Shown piece after piece: positions 1-9,029 of a stretch of 64,000 nt of DNA. A model generated the notes under the pieces. It saw only the letters and a list, made by a program, of their open reading frames with translations. It had not been told where the DNA came from and made no database searches. The first letter of the stretch is position 1. Every line of letters begins with the position of its first letter. The stretch is taken from the NCBI GenBank assembly GCA_023474215.1, contig JAMCYI010000006.1:1452-65451 (forward strand), read 5' to 3'. This DNA comes from Patescibacteria group bacterium. GTDB taxonomy: Bacteria > Patescibacteriota > Minisyncoccia > UBA6257 > GWB1-50-10. Position numbers and translations under genes: made by a program.

Positions 1-150
1 ATTCCCCAAATTCTATCACAAATTTCGGCCCCCCGCTCTCCTTCAAAAATTAAAGGCCCCCCGGAGGCCTTTAAGTCTGTGGATAATTGATTTTCCCCGA
101 AAAGGAAAAGGGCAGCCATAAAGACATGCCCTGTTTGTTACCACCTCCTT

Positions 151-435
151 TCATTGTTTACTGATTTGTTGTAGATATAGTTCCGGCGACACTAGCTTAT
201 CCAGTTCAGCTTGAAGTCTGCTTATTCTTCGGGAGGTATTCCCAAAAAGAAAAAGACCGAATAGGACAAGGCATAGGCATGCCACCAAACTTATTATCAT
301 CAAACCCAGGGTGGGTTTCATGATAATGTCGATGACGAAAAATATCGCCACCGCAAGAACAAACAGCAAGGTGGAAACATAATATAACTTGCTTATTTTG
401 TTCATGCGGGCGGTCAACTGTTGCGGTGTATTCAT
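151..435 (-). CDS. small two-TM membrane protein (hypothetical); likely start at the internal Met (MNTPQQ...)
   Basis: Hydrophobic helices in the translation. Paralogous to the 2510..2761 product, sharing the TLGLMI...VFG...N motif. Followed by a conserved 3' element. Confidence 0.5.
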   Translation of the reverse strand: MNTPQQLTARMNKISKLYYVSTLLFVLAVAIFFVIDIIMKPTLGLMIISLVACLCLVLFGLFLFGNTSRRISRLQAELDKLVSPELYLQQISKQ

Positions 436-546
436 AACACACTCCTTTTTTAATGAACAAAAAAACTCTCGGCTGACGCGATTTATTAAACTACGTTTGC
501 ATGTTGATGTCAATATCAGCCCCCGAATGTCAACTCCAAAAGGTTG

Positions 547-2373
547 CTACCAACTGCCGCCGCCTCCCCCGCCGAACCCGCCGCCGGAGAATCCGCCGGC
601 ACCAAAACCGCTCGATGCCGGCTGAGATGCAACATTGAACGTCCGATTGAACGAGCTATTAAACAGCATGATGTTCGCCATGAAGAGCGAACTATTGAAC
701 GCCGTTATGGTCGGATCCTCATACCACGTCGGCATTGCAGTCGTGATCCCTTCGAATTTTTTCGCCCATTCTTTTTCGACACCCAAAACCATCGCGTAGG
801 GCAGGTATTTTTCAAACTGTTCCGGCCTCAAGCTCGGCGCATTCATCATTTTCAAGCGATCCGTCTCGGTATAGCGGAGAAATTCGCGGAATCCGAGGAT
901 CTTCTGGAGTGCCGTCATACCCTTCGGCGTGAGCTTCGGTATCGGCGGTTTGCCGATCTCTCCGATAAGGAGCGCCACGGCGAACATAACCATAATGATA
1001 ACGAAGGAGGATCCTCCTCCCAGAGCCATACCGATAATGAAGAGGATAAGGAGGCCGAGCGCACTGAGGCCGAACAGAACCCTTTCTTTTTTGGTTTTCT
1101 CGCGGGATGCGGTATCGAAGTACCCTTCGGCATAAATGTTCTCGTCTGTTTTCTTCCCGACGCTCTTCAGGGTTTCGAAGAGAGCGGCACCTGAAGACTG
1201 GAGGTCACTCAAGGAAACGCTATCGCGGGCGGTGAAAAGCATGTTGAAAACGATCTGATATGCCGGGTGCCGGAGATCAGAACCGTCCTTCAGCTTCACA
1301 AGCTCAAAATCCTTCTTGTCCGGCCACAGCTTCATCTGCCGAACCGTGTAGCGGATCTTCAGGTACCCCTTGATCGCGAGATCCATGATGACCGACGAGA
1401 CATCGGCCATATCGACCTTCCGGTCGACGATCGTACCGACCTCAATCGGCAAAAGCCCGTCCGGCGGGTCATATTCGGCAACAAGCGGTATCTTCTTCAG
1501 TTCCCGCGGGATGATCGGGCGCGATCTCGTCCGCAAACTGATGCCCGAAAAGCCGCCGCGGCTTCTCAAAACGATGATCCGAAAGGCGGTCACTGCAAGG
1601 ATCAAGAAGAGAATGAACATAAGCGGAATGACTGACGGGATGCCGCCGGAGGATGAGAAGCCCGCCGGAGCGGATGCCGTGGGGGCGGCAGCAGCTGCCG
1701 GGAGCGCCAAGTGGCCGAACGGAATGCCGAGGACGACGGACAATCCCTCGCCGGAGCCCAAGGGGCGCGTTGTCGCATACGTCATTCCACTCCCCGACTC
1801 TGCAGAGGAACAATCTTTCGCGGTGCTTCCCGCGGCGCCTGTGTAACATGTCGCCGTGAGACCGGCGATCTGCCCCGGAAGAACAATTGATGCCGTGACA
1901 TTATTCAGGGGAACGCCCCAGCTGTTCCCCGTCACATTCCAATACACCTCGTCATGATCGCTGAATTCTCGAACGGCGTTTTTGACGATATAATCCACGA
2001 CATAGGTTTTGACGCCGCTGACCAAAACGTTTGGGTCGCCGATTCGTATGTCGAGGGTATTGTCCGATACGGACGCCGTATACGGATATGTCCCCCCTGC
2101 CCCATTCCCGACGCCCGTCACTGTGACTTGCAGCCCCGGGCCGTTCGGCGACGAAAGCGGGATATCGCGGAAGATGCCGTGTCTCTGGTCCGATCCGAAG
2201 TCGTAGACAATGGTCTCCGCAACGGAAAGCGTGCCATTCTGTGCGACCGCGATCTGCGAATTGAAACTCTGAACCGCTTCGGCGGAGGCGCGGGCCACAT
2301 GCCCGAAGCCGAAAGTCGCGACCGCAAAGGCGGCGAAAACGGTGAATCCCCAAGCGTATTTTTTCAATAACAT
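547..2373 (-). CDS. DUF2207-family membrane protein with a Gly-rich C-terminus
   Basis: 608-aa ORF. N-terminal signal/TM segment, internal TM helices, and a C-terminal GFGAGGFSGGGFGGGGGGSW tail, which are typical of DUF2207 proteins. Confidence 0.7.
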   Translation of the reverse strand: MLLKKYAWGFTVFAAFAVATFGFGHVARASAEAVQSFNSQIAVAQNGTLSVAETIVYDFGSDQRHGIFRDIPLSSPNGPGLQVTVTGVGNGAGGTYPYTASVSDNTLDIRIGDPNVLVSGVKTYVVDYIVKNAVREFSDHDEVYWNVTGNSWGVPLNNVTASIVLPGQIAGLTATCYTGAAGSTAKDCSSAESGSGMTYATTRPLGSGEGLSVVLGIPFGHLALPAAAAAPTASAPAGFSSSGGIPSVIPLMFILFLILAVTAFRIIVLRSRGGFSGISLRTRSRPIIPRELKKIPLVAEYDPPDGLLPIEVGTIVDRKVDMADVSSVIMDLAIKGYLKIRYTVRQMKLWPDKKDFELVKLKDGSDLRHPAYQIVFNMLFTARDSVSLSDLQSSGAALFETLKSVGKKTDENIYAEGYFDTASREKTKKERVLFGLSALGLLILFIIGMALGGGSSFVIIMVMFAVALLIGEIGKPPIPKLTPKGMTALQKILGFREFLRYTETDRLKMMNAPSLRPEQFEKYLPYAMVLGVEKEWAKKFEGITTAMPTWYEDPTITAFNSSLFMANIMLFNSSFNRTFNVASQPASSGFGAGGFSGGGFGGGGGGSW

Positions 2374-2403
2374 GTTCCCTTCAATTTTAACACAAATCGC
2401 TGG

Positions 2404-2432
2404 CCTCCGGGGCGCCTTCAGGGCCCCGGAGG
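2404..2432. repeat. GC hairpin 'cctccggggcgccttcagggccccggagg' (terminator-like), identical copy at 2847..2875
   Basis: Perfect inverted repeat seen directly in the sequence. Lies 3' of the minus gene 2510..2761. Confidence 0.6.
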
Positions 2433-2509
2433 AATCAGCCAGTTGCCAAGAAACCCAAAAGGGAAAAAGGGCAGTCGCAAAGACATGCCCCGTTTTTTAT
2501 CGTCTCCTT

Positions 2510-2761
2510 TTACCCTTCCTTTGATTCATTAAAGAATTCTTTATCTTCCCGATTTGCCGAAACCCGGGCGATCACACCAAACACCAGGAACCAGAATGCG
2601 ATCATAAGACCGAGGGTCCTGACATCGAACGTCAAGGATCCGCCGACGATCATCATGAAGATGATCACCGCTCCGATCGCGAAGAGGACGACGGATACCT
2701 TCTGCAGCCGGTTCGCCTTCTCGATGTGCCCAAGGATTTTCTCAAGTTTTTTACCTTTCAT
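2510..2761 (-). CDS. small two-TM membrane protein (hypothetical), paralog of 151..435
   Basis: Hydrophobic segments. Shares the TLGLMIAFWFLVFG motif with the 151..435 product. Followed by the same conserved 3' element as that gene (2456..2497 here, 100..137 there). Confidence 0.5.
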   Translation of the reverse strand: MKGKKLEKILGHIEKANRLQKVSVVLFAIGAVIIFMMIVGGSLTFDVRTLGLMIAFWFLVFGVIARVSANREDKEFFNESKEG

Positions 2762-2846
2762 GCTTCCTCCGAAATTGAGTAAAAATTATTTGAAAATAGA
2801 CTTGCTGTCGCCTATTTTGACATATTTTTCATATTTACGTCAATGG

Positions 2847-2875
2847 CCTCCGGGGCGCCTTCAGGGCCCCGGAGG
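2847..2875. repeat. GC hairpin identical to 2404..2432, followed by a second hairpin and an A-rich tract
   Basis: Exact 29-nt match to 2404..2432. Inverted repeat. Confidence 0.6.
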
Positions 2876-2946
2876 ACTAATACGGGGACTCCCGGGGGCT
2901 TCGCATCAGGAGTCCACTCAAAAAAGAAAAAAGACGGCCGCAAGGA

Positions 2947-3117
2947 TTATGCTTCCGGCGCATCTTTTACGGCATGCTCGATGATTTCGAGGTTGCAGCT
3001 TTTATGTTCCGCGCACCACGCTTGGCATTTTCCCGCCGTTTTTCGGTCCGTGTACCATAAACCGCACTCCTCGCATTGGTAGTACTTTTTGTCTCCCTTC
3101 ACGAGTTCTTTCGGCAT
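2947..3117 (-). CDS. small Cys-rich protein (56 aa; C15/C18/C31/C35/C41), zinc-ribbon-like. Not in the ORF track because it is under 60 aa.
   Basis: Manual translation gives MPKELVKGDKKYYQCEECGLWYTDRKTAGKCQAWCAEHKSCNLEIIEHAVKDAPEA. Lies immediately downstream of the permease in the arsR operon. Confidence 0.35.
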   Translation of the reverse strand: MPKELVKGDKKYYQCEECGLWYTDRKTAGKCQAWCAEHKSCNLEIIEHAVKDAPEA

Positions 3118-3140
3118 ACTTTCATTTTACCAAAATCCCG

Positions 3141-4100
3141 TTAAAGAATCGCGTTAAACAAGTACCCTATGAATATAATGCCGATCCCGACGATACCCGC
3201 GAAGATCAGGATGAGTTTCGGCTTCATCACTTTTTTCAGGATCATGAATTCCGGAAGCGAAAGCGCCGTGACTGACATCATGAAGGCCAAGGTCGTGCCC
3301 ATCGCGACTCCCTTCTCCGTCAAAGCCGACACAAGCGGGATCACGCCGGCGGCATTCGAATAGAGCGGGATGCCGATCAAAACCGCCAAGGGCACCGCGT
3401 ACCACTTGCCGGGGCCGGCATAGCGGGCGAGAAAGTCCATCGGCACATAGCCGTGGATCCAGGCGCCGACGCCGACGCCGATCAAAACGTACAGCCACAC
3501 TTTCTTCAAGATATCGGCGGTGTACCGTAACGCGTATTGTCTTCTGTCACGCCATGTCATCGTCACGCCCTCATACGAGGCTGAAAGCGTATGTTCAAAG
3601 ACAAACGGCTCCACGAGTTTCTCCGGTTTCAGTTTGCCGATCGCGATGCCGGATACGACAGCGATCACGAGCCCGCTCCCGATGTAAATGAGCGCGATGC
3701 TCCAGCCGAAAAGCCCCAAAAGCATCACGAGCGCGACCTCGTTTATCATCGGCGAAGCGACAAGGAACGAGAAGGTTACGCCCAAGGGGACCCCGGCTTC
3801 CACGAACCCGAGAAAGAGCGGGATCGCCGAACAGGAACAAAAGGGCGTCACGATGCCGAGGAGCGAGGCGAGGATGTTCCCCACATATACCCGCTTGCGC
3901 GCAAGAATCTTCCGCACCTTCTCGGCAGGCAGGAAGGAACGGATGAGTGAAACCGCGAAAATGATGACGGCCAAAAGAACGAAGATCTTCGTTGTATCGA
4001 AGATAAAAAAGTTGACCGCGCTTGCAAGGAGCGTCTGGGGCGCGATGCGAAAGACGCCATAGGTCAACCAGTCGGCCAATGCCTGGAGGGGGGCGAACAT
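3141..4100 (-). CDS. permease, COG0701/DUF318-type (arsenical-resistance-associated permease family) with a 'TPFCSCSAIP' motif
   Basis: Multi-TM 319-aa product with a CSCS motif. Operon context with ArsR and a thioredoxin-like protein. Confidence 0.7.
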   Translation of the reverse strand: MFAPLQALADWLTYGVFRIAPQTLLASAVNFFIFDTTKIFVLLAVIIFAVSLIRSFLPAEKVRKILARKRVYVGNILASLLGIVTPFCSCSAIPLFLGFVEAGVPLGVTFSFLVASPMINEVALVMLLGLFGWSIALIYIGSGLVIAVVSGIAIGKLKPEKLVEPFVFEHTLSASYEGVTMTWRDRRQYALRYTADILKKVWLYVLIGVGVGAWIHGYVPMDFLARYAGPGKWYAVPLAVLIGIPLYSNAAGVIPLVSALTEKGVAMGTTLAFMMSVTALSLPEFMILKKVMKPKLILIFAGIVGIGIIFIGYLFNAIL

Positions 4101-4101
4101 A

Positions 4102-4344
4102 TTACGGGATATTCTTAATAATCGTCTCTTTCACCTTTTTGACGTCGGGAACGAAACCTACGAGTGCGGGCTTCCCGTCGATCGCAAGGACGGGGCTCTG
4201 CATGAGGCCCATTGCGACGATCTTCCGGACATCCGTCACGTATTCCACCTCCGTGTCGAGTTTCAATTCCTCGACCGCCTGTTTCGTCAGTTTGAAAAGT
4301 TTTTCGCACGTCGGACATCCCGACCCCAAAACTTGAATGATCAT
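4102..4344 (-). CDS. thioredoxin-family redox-active disulfide protein (CPTC motif)
   Basis: 80 aa. The N-terminal 'IQVLGSGCPTCEKL' is typical of small thioredoxin-fold proteins found in arsR/permease operons. Confidence 0.65.
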   Translation of the reverse strand: MIIQVLGSGCPTCEKLFKLTKQAVEELKLDTEVEYVTDVRKIVAMGLMQSPVLAIDGKPALVGFVPDVKKVKETIIKNIP

Positions 4345-4346
4345 GG

Positions 4347-4685
4347 TTATAATAGTTGCTTGGCGCTTTCCACAAGTTTCCGGCCTTTGTCAGTTAAACG
4401 GTATTCGATGAATGTCCCCCGCCGCTCGGCTGCCACGAGCTTCTGGTTTGAAAAAGAGGTCAAGTGGTGAGAAATGAGCGTCTGGGAAAGGCCGGTGTGC
4501 TTTTCGAGATCGCACACGCAGTGGGGCGCTTTCCGGAGCGTGAAGAGAATGGCGAGCTTCGAGGGCACCGAGATGGCCTTCAGTTTCCTGAAATAATCGG
4601 AGGTTGGAGAAAAATCCTTCTGATTCAGCTCCGGCACTTTGCAAGAGCAGCCGATCGTCTTGTTGTTATATGAACGCATGTTCAT
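4347..4685 (-). CDS. arsR: ArsR/SmtB-family metalloregulatory transcriptional repressor
   Basis: HTH region plus a 'CVCDL' metal-binding motif. First gene of a three-gene operon. Confidence 0.75.
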   Translation of the reverse strand: MNMRSYNNKTIGCSCKVPELNQKDFSPTSDYFRKLKAISVPSKLAILFTLRKAPHCVCDLEKHTGLSQTLISHHLTSFSNQKLVAAERRGTFIEYRLTDKGRKLVESAKQLL

Positions 4686-4781
4686 ATAATACCCCGCCGG
4701 CGCGGAAAGTCAAATGTCGGCTTTTGGGGAATAACCAAAAAACAAGCAAGGGAGACATAAATGCCTCCCTTGAATCATTTC

Positions 4782-5456
4782 TCACTGCTGGAACATCACC
4801 GGGTGGTGATGCTCGCTGTGATTGCCGTCTTTCATCTGTTCGATCCTCTGCCGCCGATATTCCTTGGGATTCTCCTCTAACCAATCCTCCGGAATGTGGC
4901 GAATGTACCACAACCCAGAGCAGGGATCGTCCATTTCGACGATAACGACGAGCATGAGCGTCAAAACAAAAACAACCACGTATACGATTATCACGCCGGC
5001 AACGACACTCGGGTACTCAATAATGAGGAACCCGAAGAGCACCGTGAGTGACAGGACAACGATCAGAACATAGACCAAGGGCGAGAGATCCTCGTCGCGC
5101 AGGTCCATAAAAAGATCTTTATCGTACCTTTTTACCGCCGCCCGGAGCTGTTTGTATTCGCTCCAAACCGTGTTCATGGCAACCGTTGCCAGCAAACTGT
5201 ACCAGATGCCGAACATTGAGAGCCATGCGGTCGTCACGACGCCTTCTGCTTCTGCGGCAAAGTGTATCTCATTCCGGTAGAAGATCGCGTACCAGCCGTA
5301 CGTTACGACGATGCCGACAACAACCGGCCAGATGAGCATGAGAAAAATCTTTATTCCCAGCTCAACCCTTTTTCTGAACCGCTCCGCCGGCTTTTCGTGC
5401 CTGATCTTCTTTCTGAATATTTTCGCCCTACCTTCCTTTTCATTCGTGCTTTTCAT
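4782..5456 (-). CDS. hypothetical integral membrane protein
   Basis: Several hydrophobic helices. No recognisable catalytic motif. Confidence 0.45.
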   Translation of the reverse strand: MKSTNEKEGRAKIFRKKIRHEKPAERFRKRVELGIKIFLMLIWPVVVGIVVTYGWYAIFYRNEIHFAAEAEGVVTTAWLSMFGIWYSLLATVAMNTVWSEYKQLRAAVKRYDKDLFMDLRDEDLSPLVYVLIVVLSLTVLFGFLIIEYPSVVAGVIIVYVVVFVLTLMLVVIVEMDDPCSGLWYIRHIPEDWLEENPKEYRRQRIEQMKDGNHSEHHHPVMFQQ

Positions 5457-5595
5457 CCATACCTCCAGTTTTCAAAGATGTGAATAATATAACATCTTTT
5501 TATCTATCAGTCAATTACCCTCAAAAAGCTGGACAAGAAAACGGAAAAAGTGATACAACTATCCCTACAGCACATAAATAAATATAGGAGTACAT

Positions 5596-6030
5596 ATGGG
5601 CATAGGGTTATCCCCCAGTCACTACCAAGGCATGGCCATTGGTATGAAATATATCCTCGACGGAGAGGGTAAAATGAGGTCAAACGTTCTTGCCGAAGCG
5701 AAATATTTCTTCATTGCAGTTCGCCGCGGGAACAAGAGCGAACGACAAACAGCAGCGTTCATTCTCGCCGGCAAGACCCACCTTTCCCGGGAAACACGGG
5801 CAAAGATCGAAACATACATCGCTTTCATGGATGTCTTGGGCAAGCGCCGAGAGCTTCAAGAAGAAGAACTCACCGTCATCCGAGATCTCCGAACCTTTTT
5901 TGCCAAGCTTCAAGAGATCGGACATGAAATAAAAACGAGGGAGGTCCGGGAGTACGGATACTGGGATAAACGCCAGAACCGGAAGGAGTTCTGGCGAGAA
6001 AAAACGAGGTCGCGCTTTACGAAAGCGTGA
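5596..6030 (+). CDS. hypothetical protein (start uncertain)
   Basis: ORF with basic/charged composition. Its stop lies inside the first copy of a tandem hairpin repeat. Confidence 0.35.
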   Translation: MGIGLSPSHYQGMAIGMKYILDGEGKMRSNVLAEAKYFFIAVRRGNKSERQTAAFILAGKTHLSRETRAKIETYIAFMDVLGKRRELQEEELTVIRDLRTFFAKLQEIGHEIKTREVREYGYWDKRQNRKEFWREKTRSRFTKA

Positions 6031-6071
6031 CTTAAAAAATACGAGGTCGCGCTTTACGAAAGCGCGACTTA
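6004..6071. terminator. tandem duplicated 31-bp unit, each with a 10-bp-stem, 3-nt-loop hairpin (gtcgcgcttt-acg-aaagcgcgac). Bidirectional terminator between convergent genes.
   Basis: Direct repeat 'acgaggtcgcgctttacgaaagcg[t/c]gactta' x2 seen in the sequence. Copy 1 has one G·U wobble pair. Confidence 0.55.
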
Positions 6072-6076
6072 CTCGT

Positions 6077-6319
6077 TTAGGACTTCTTTTTCATTTCTTC
6101 GATCTTCGCGATCATTTCCTCGAAAACGATGCCGTTGCCGTTCGCGAAGAACGCGGCGAGCCAGTAGACGTCATTGATGTTGTCCTCGAGGTCATCTTTC
6201 AAAATCTCCATATCTTCTTCCAGCTTCACGGCATTCTTGAGCTCGCCGATCTCCCCCACGATGCTGCGGAGAATGTCCTTGGAATTGCGCGGCTGTTCTT
6301 CCTTGGAAAATGTATTCAT
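6077..6319 (-). CDS. hypothetical small acidic protein
   Basis: 80-aa ORF, convergent with 5596..6030. Confidence 0.35.
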   Translation of the reverse strand: MNTFSKEEQPRNSKDILRSIVGEIGELKNAVKLEEDMEILKDDLEDNINDVYWLAAFFANGNGIVFEEMIAKIEEMKKKS

Positions 6320-6323
6320 AAGG

Positions 6324-6671
6324 TCAAAGCTCCGTGTATTTTTTATGGCTCCCCTTCGATTTTTTCACCGGGTACTTCTTGTCGTTCTTCCTCATTTTCG
6401 CCATAAACGCCTTTGTAACGTCGATGCCGAGATCGTAGCTTAAGAGAAGCGTCCAATAGAGAACGTCCATCAGCTCTTCGCCGATGTGCTCCTTGTTCGC
6501 CTTTGAATAGTTTTCCATCTCTTCCCCGTTCTTCCACTGAAAGTGCTCCAAAACCTCCGACGCCTCAAGGGACAATGAAATGGCTAGATCCTTCGGGTTG
6601 TGGAATTGCTTCCAATTCCTCCGTTCCCTGAATTTCAGGATCTCGTCCGTCAGTTTCTTGATGTCCGACAT
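6324..6671 (-). CDS. MazG-type nucleoside triphosphate pyrophosphohydrolase (small all-alpha NTP-PPase)
   Basis: 115 aa with EASEVLEHF...EELMDVLYWTLLL EExxE/D-type motifs. Confidence 0.65.
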   Translation of the reverse strand: MSDIKKLTDEILKFRERRNWKQFHNPKDLAISLSLEASEVLEHFQWKNGEEMENYSKANKEHIGEELMDVLYWTLLLSYDLGIDVTKAFMAKMRKNDKKYPVKKSKGSHKKYTEL

Positions 6672-6777
6672 AATACTTGAATTTTAGCACAAACAGCTCG
6701 CCTCCGGGGCGCTTTTGCACCGGGAGGTTAAAAACAGAAACCTCCCGAGCGACAGAAACAAACCCGGGAGGCATCTT

Positions 6778-7155
6778 TTACGCGAAAAAGCCGGCGTAGC
6801 AAAGAAAAAGGCCGATAACGACCATAACAATGCCGCCGATCGTCGAACATTTCGCCTTGAACTCGCGGTAGAGCGAGACGGTGGATTCGGGGAAAACGAG
6901 AATGAAGAACCCCTTCAAAAGCGACAGCCAGCCGATGACCGAAATGACGATCCGCCAGTCCGAAAACCAAAAGCCGCCGAGCGACACGATGACCGCGCCG
7001 AAGACCGCAGCAATGAGGCCGCCGAGCCACGAGAACCCTCTCTGCCGTTCCATTTCATCGAGAAGAACCGCAACGGTCTTCCGATTGAAAAGGGAGATAC
7101 CGAGAATGAGGAACAAGATGCCTAAAATTCTCGCAAGCACGAGAGAAACATCCAT
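6778..7155 (-). CDS. hypothetical integral membrane protein
   Basis: 125 aa, about 4 predicted hydrophobic helices. Confidence 0.45.
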   Translation of the reverse strand: MDVSLVLARILGILFLILGISLFNRKTVAVLLDEMERQRGFSWLGGLIAAVFGAVIVSLGGFWFSDWRIVISVIGWLSLLKGFFILVFPESTVSLYREFKAKCSTIGGIVMVVIGLFLCYAGFFA

Positions 7156-7222
7156 ATGTGCAATGAGATACGATTTGCGACCTTTCCTTTATTATACAAA
7201 TCTCAGAGAAAAAATGATCCAT

Positions 7223-7251
7223 TTGACAAAATTTTTAAAACGTTATATTAT
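7223..7251 (+). promoter_or_regulatory. sigma70-like promoter TTGACA-N17-TATTAT upstream of the 3D-domain gene
   Basis: Motif spacing read directly. AT-rich intergenic region. RBS 'aaaggag' at about 7297. Confidence 0.4.
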
Positions 7252-7311
7252 GATAATCCTTAACGGGGCTGAAAGCAGTAATTTTTACAACCACATAAAG
7301 GAGAAACACTC

Positions 7312-7752
7312 TTGAAAACAAAAATCATATTTTTTTCATTGATCATGGTAGGCCTCCTTATTCTCTCTCTTCCGGTCAACACCGAAGAGTGCGGGAGCCG
7401 CCTTCCCCTACCGACCAAAAGCGTCGAACTTCAAAAGATCAGCAAAATCGGAAGCAACCAAAACGTCGAGATCATCGAAAACGTAGCGGTAACTGCCTAT
7501 ACGGACTCGGGACTCACGGCGAGCGGTATTCCCGCCAGCGACGGTATCGTTGCCTGTAACTTCAGGAAACTGGGAACGGTCATCCAAATACCGCATCTCT
7601 TTGGAACCAGAAAGTTCGTCATCCTCGACCGGATGAACAAGGATTACCGCACCTATCCGCGAAACCGAAGGGGTATCGACATTTGGATGCGCGACCACGA
7701 TTCAGCGATCGCGCTCGGGGTAAGGAGAACGACCATTCTTGTGATAAAATAA
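7312..7752 (+). CDS. 3D-domain (MltA-like) cell-wall-associated protein, TTG start, N-terminal signal peptide
   Basis: VAVTAYT..GLTASG...VACN...LGT.IQIP...DR...IDIW pattern of the 3D domain (YocH/YuiC-like). Confidence 0.65.
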   Translation: MKTKIIFFSLIMVGLLILSLPVNTEECGSRLPLPTKSVELQKISKIGSNQNVEIIENVAVTAYTDSGLTASGIPASDGIVACNFRKLGTVIQIPHLFGTRKFVILDRMNKDYRTYPRNRRGIDIWMRDHDSAIALGVRRTTILVIK

Positions 7753-7759
7753 AAAGATG

Positions 7760-7792
7760 GAGGAGCGCACTGCGCTCCTTTTCCCTTTTTTG
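7760..7792 (+). terminator. rho-independent terminator (ggagcgc-act-gcgctcc followed by a T-run)
   Basis: Hairpin and 'ttttcccttttttgg' seen directly after the stop of 7312..7752. Confidence 0.6.
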
Positions 7793-7800
7793 GATACGGC

Positions 7801-8274
7801 CTACAAGAGGCCCAAGGATCCGGCAAGGATCACGCCCGTGACGCTCCCCCCGAACCCAAACGTCAAATCACCCATCGTGTCGGCATTGGTCGGCTGCAGG
7901 AGCATATTTTCCTGCACCAAGTTCTCGTGAAAAACGTCCACCCTCACGTGATCATAGGTAAACTCCCACGCTTCCCACGACACGCTCACGAAAACGCAAA
8001 TGGCGACGATGACGAAGGCTTTTTTCCAAAATCCGTCGGGCAACACGTGAAAACGCGGGTGCGCTTCCATAAACCATAGGAGCGCCGAAGCGAACATAAT
8101 GCCGGCGAAGAAATGGACGACGGCATCATAGCCGAAAAAGCCGGCATTGCACCCCAAGTATTTGAAGCACTGGTAGTTCTTCGAGAGATCAAAAAGATCC
8201 CCTCCCACGAATTGCAGAAGAGAAAAGACGATAAAGGCAACAATGAAGAATGTAAGACGTTTTTTTGGCAGCAT
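7801..8274 (-). CDS. hypothetical integral membrane protein
   Basis: 157 aa, multiple hydrophobic segments. Confidence 0.45.
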   Translation of the reverse strand: MLPKKRLTFFIVAFIVFSLLQFVGGDLFDLSKNYQCFKYLGCNAGFFGYDAVVHFFAGIMFASALLWFMEAHPRFHVLPDGFWKKAFVIVAICVFVSVSWEAWEFTYDHVRVDVFHENLVQENMLLQPTNADTMGDLTFGFGGSVTGVILAGSLGLL

Positions 8275-8369
8275 TTACAATAGTCCCCTTTCGGTATTAG
8301 AATCAGGCTAAGTTCAGCAGGACATTTATAATTATACATCAACTAAACCAGAAAGGAGTACGAGACAGA

Positions 8370-9029
8370 ATGAATTATGATCATCGAGAGATGATGAACG
8401 AGCGAACGCTCGTTCTCATCAAACCGGAGACCGTCCAGCGCGGCTATATCGGGGAGATCATCACCATCTTCGAGAAAGCCGGACTGAAGATCGTTGCAGC
8501 AAAGTTCCTGGTAGCTACAAAAAAACAACTCGACGGCCATTTTCATGGCGGCGATGAGTGGCTCCGCGGCATTGGAAGGAAAACAACCGAAGGGTGCCGC
8601 GAAGACGGCTTGAGGGTCGAAGATGTCATGGGGACATCGGATCCCTTGGAGATCGGCAGAAAGATCAAGGAGCAGCTGTATCACTATCTTTCTTCCGGAC
8701 CCATGATGGCTCTTGTCCTTGAGGGCATCCATGCCGTCAAGGTCGTTCGAAAGCTCACTGGACACACCATTCCGGCAAAAGCGGAAACGGGGACCATACG
8801 CGCAATGTATTCCATCGCTTCCGCCGATCTCGCAAGCGTCGTGGGAAGCCCCGCGAGAAACGTCATCCACGCATCATCGAGCGTGGACGAAGCGAAAATC
8901 GAAATTCGCCATTGGTTCAAGGACAGTGAAGTCATCGAATGGAAAAAGATCGACGAAGACGTCCTGTTCACCGATGGAGATTATACCAAAATCTCAGACA
9001 AGACAGACAAGAAAGGAAACCAGTCATGA
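8370..9029 (+). CDS. ndk: nucleoside diphosphate kinase, long form with a ~35-aa insertion
   Basis: ERTLVLIKPE...RG.IGEII..FEKAG.KIV and NVIHAS(S) catalytic-His region. RBS 'aaaggag' upstream. Confidence 0.8.
   Translation: MNYDHREMMNERTLVLIKPETVQRGYIGEIITIFEKAGLKIVAAKFLVATKKQLDGHFHGGDEWLRGIGRKTTEGCREDGLRVEDVMGTSDPLEIGRKIKEQLYHYLSSGPMMALVLEGIHAVKVVRKLTGHTIPAKAETGTIRAMYSIASADLASVVGSPARNVIHASSSVDEAKIEIRHWFKDSEVIEWKKIDEDVLFTDGDYTKISDKTDKKGNQS

Noticed and set aside
389-625. ORF encoding a poly-Pro tract (PPPPPPNPPPENPPAPKP)
   Set aside because: It is the reverse complement of the Gly-rich C-terminal tail codons of the DUF2207 gene, so it is an artefact.
2404-2875. Possible CRISPR array suggested by recurring GC hairpin repeats
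   Set aside because: Only two identical copies about 440 bp apart, separated by a gene. There is no regular repeat-spacer periodicity and no cas genes.
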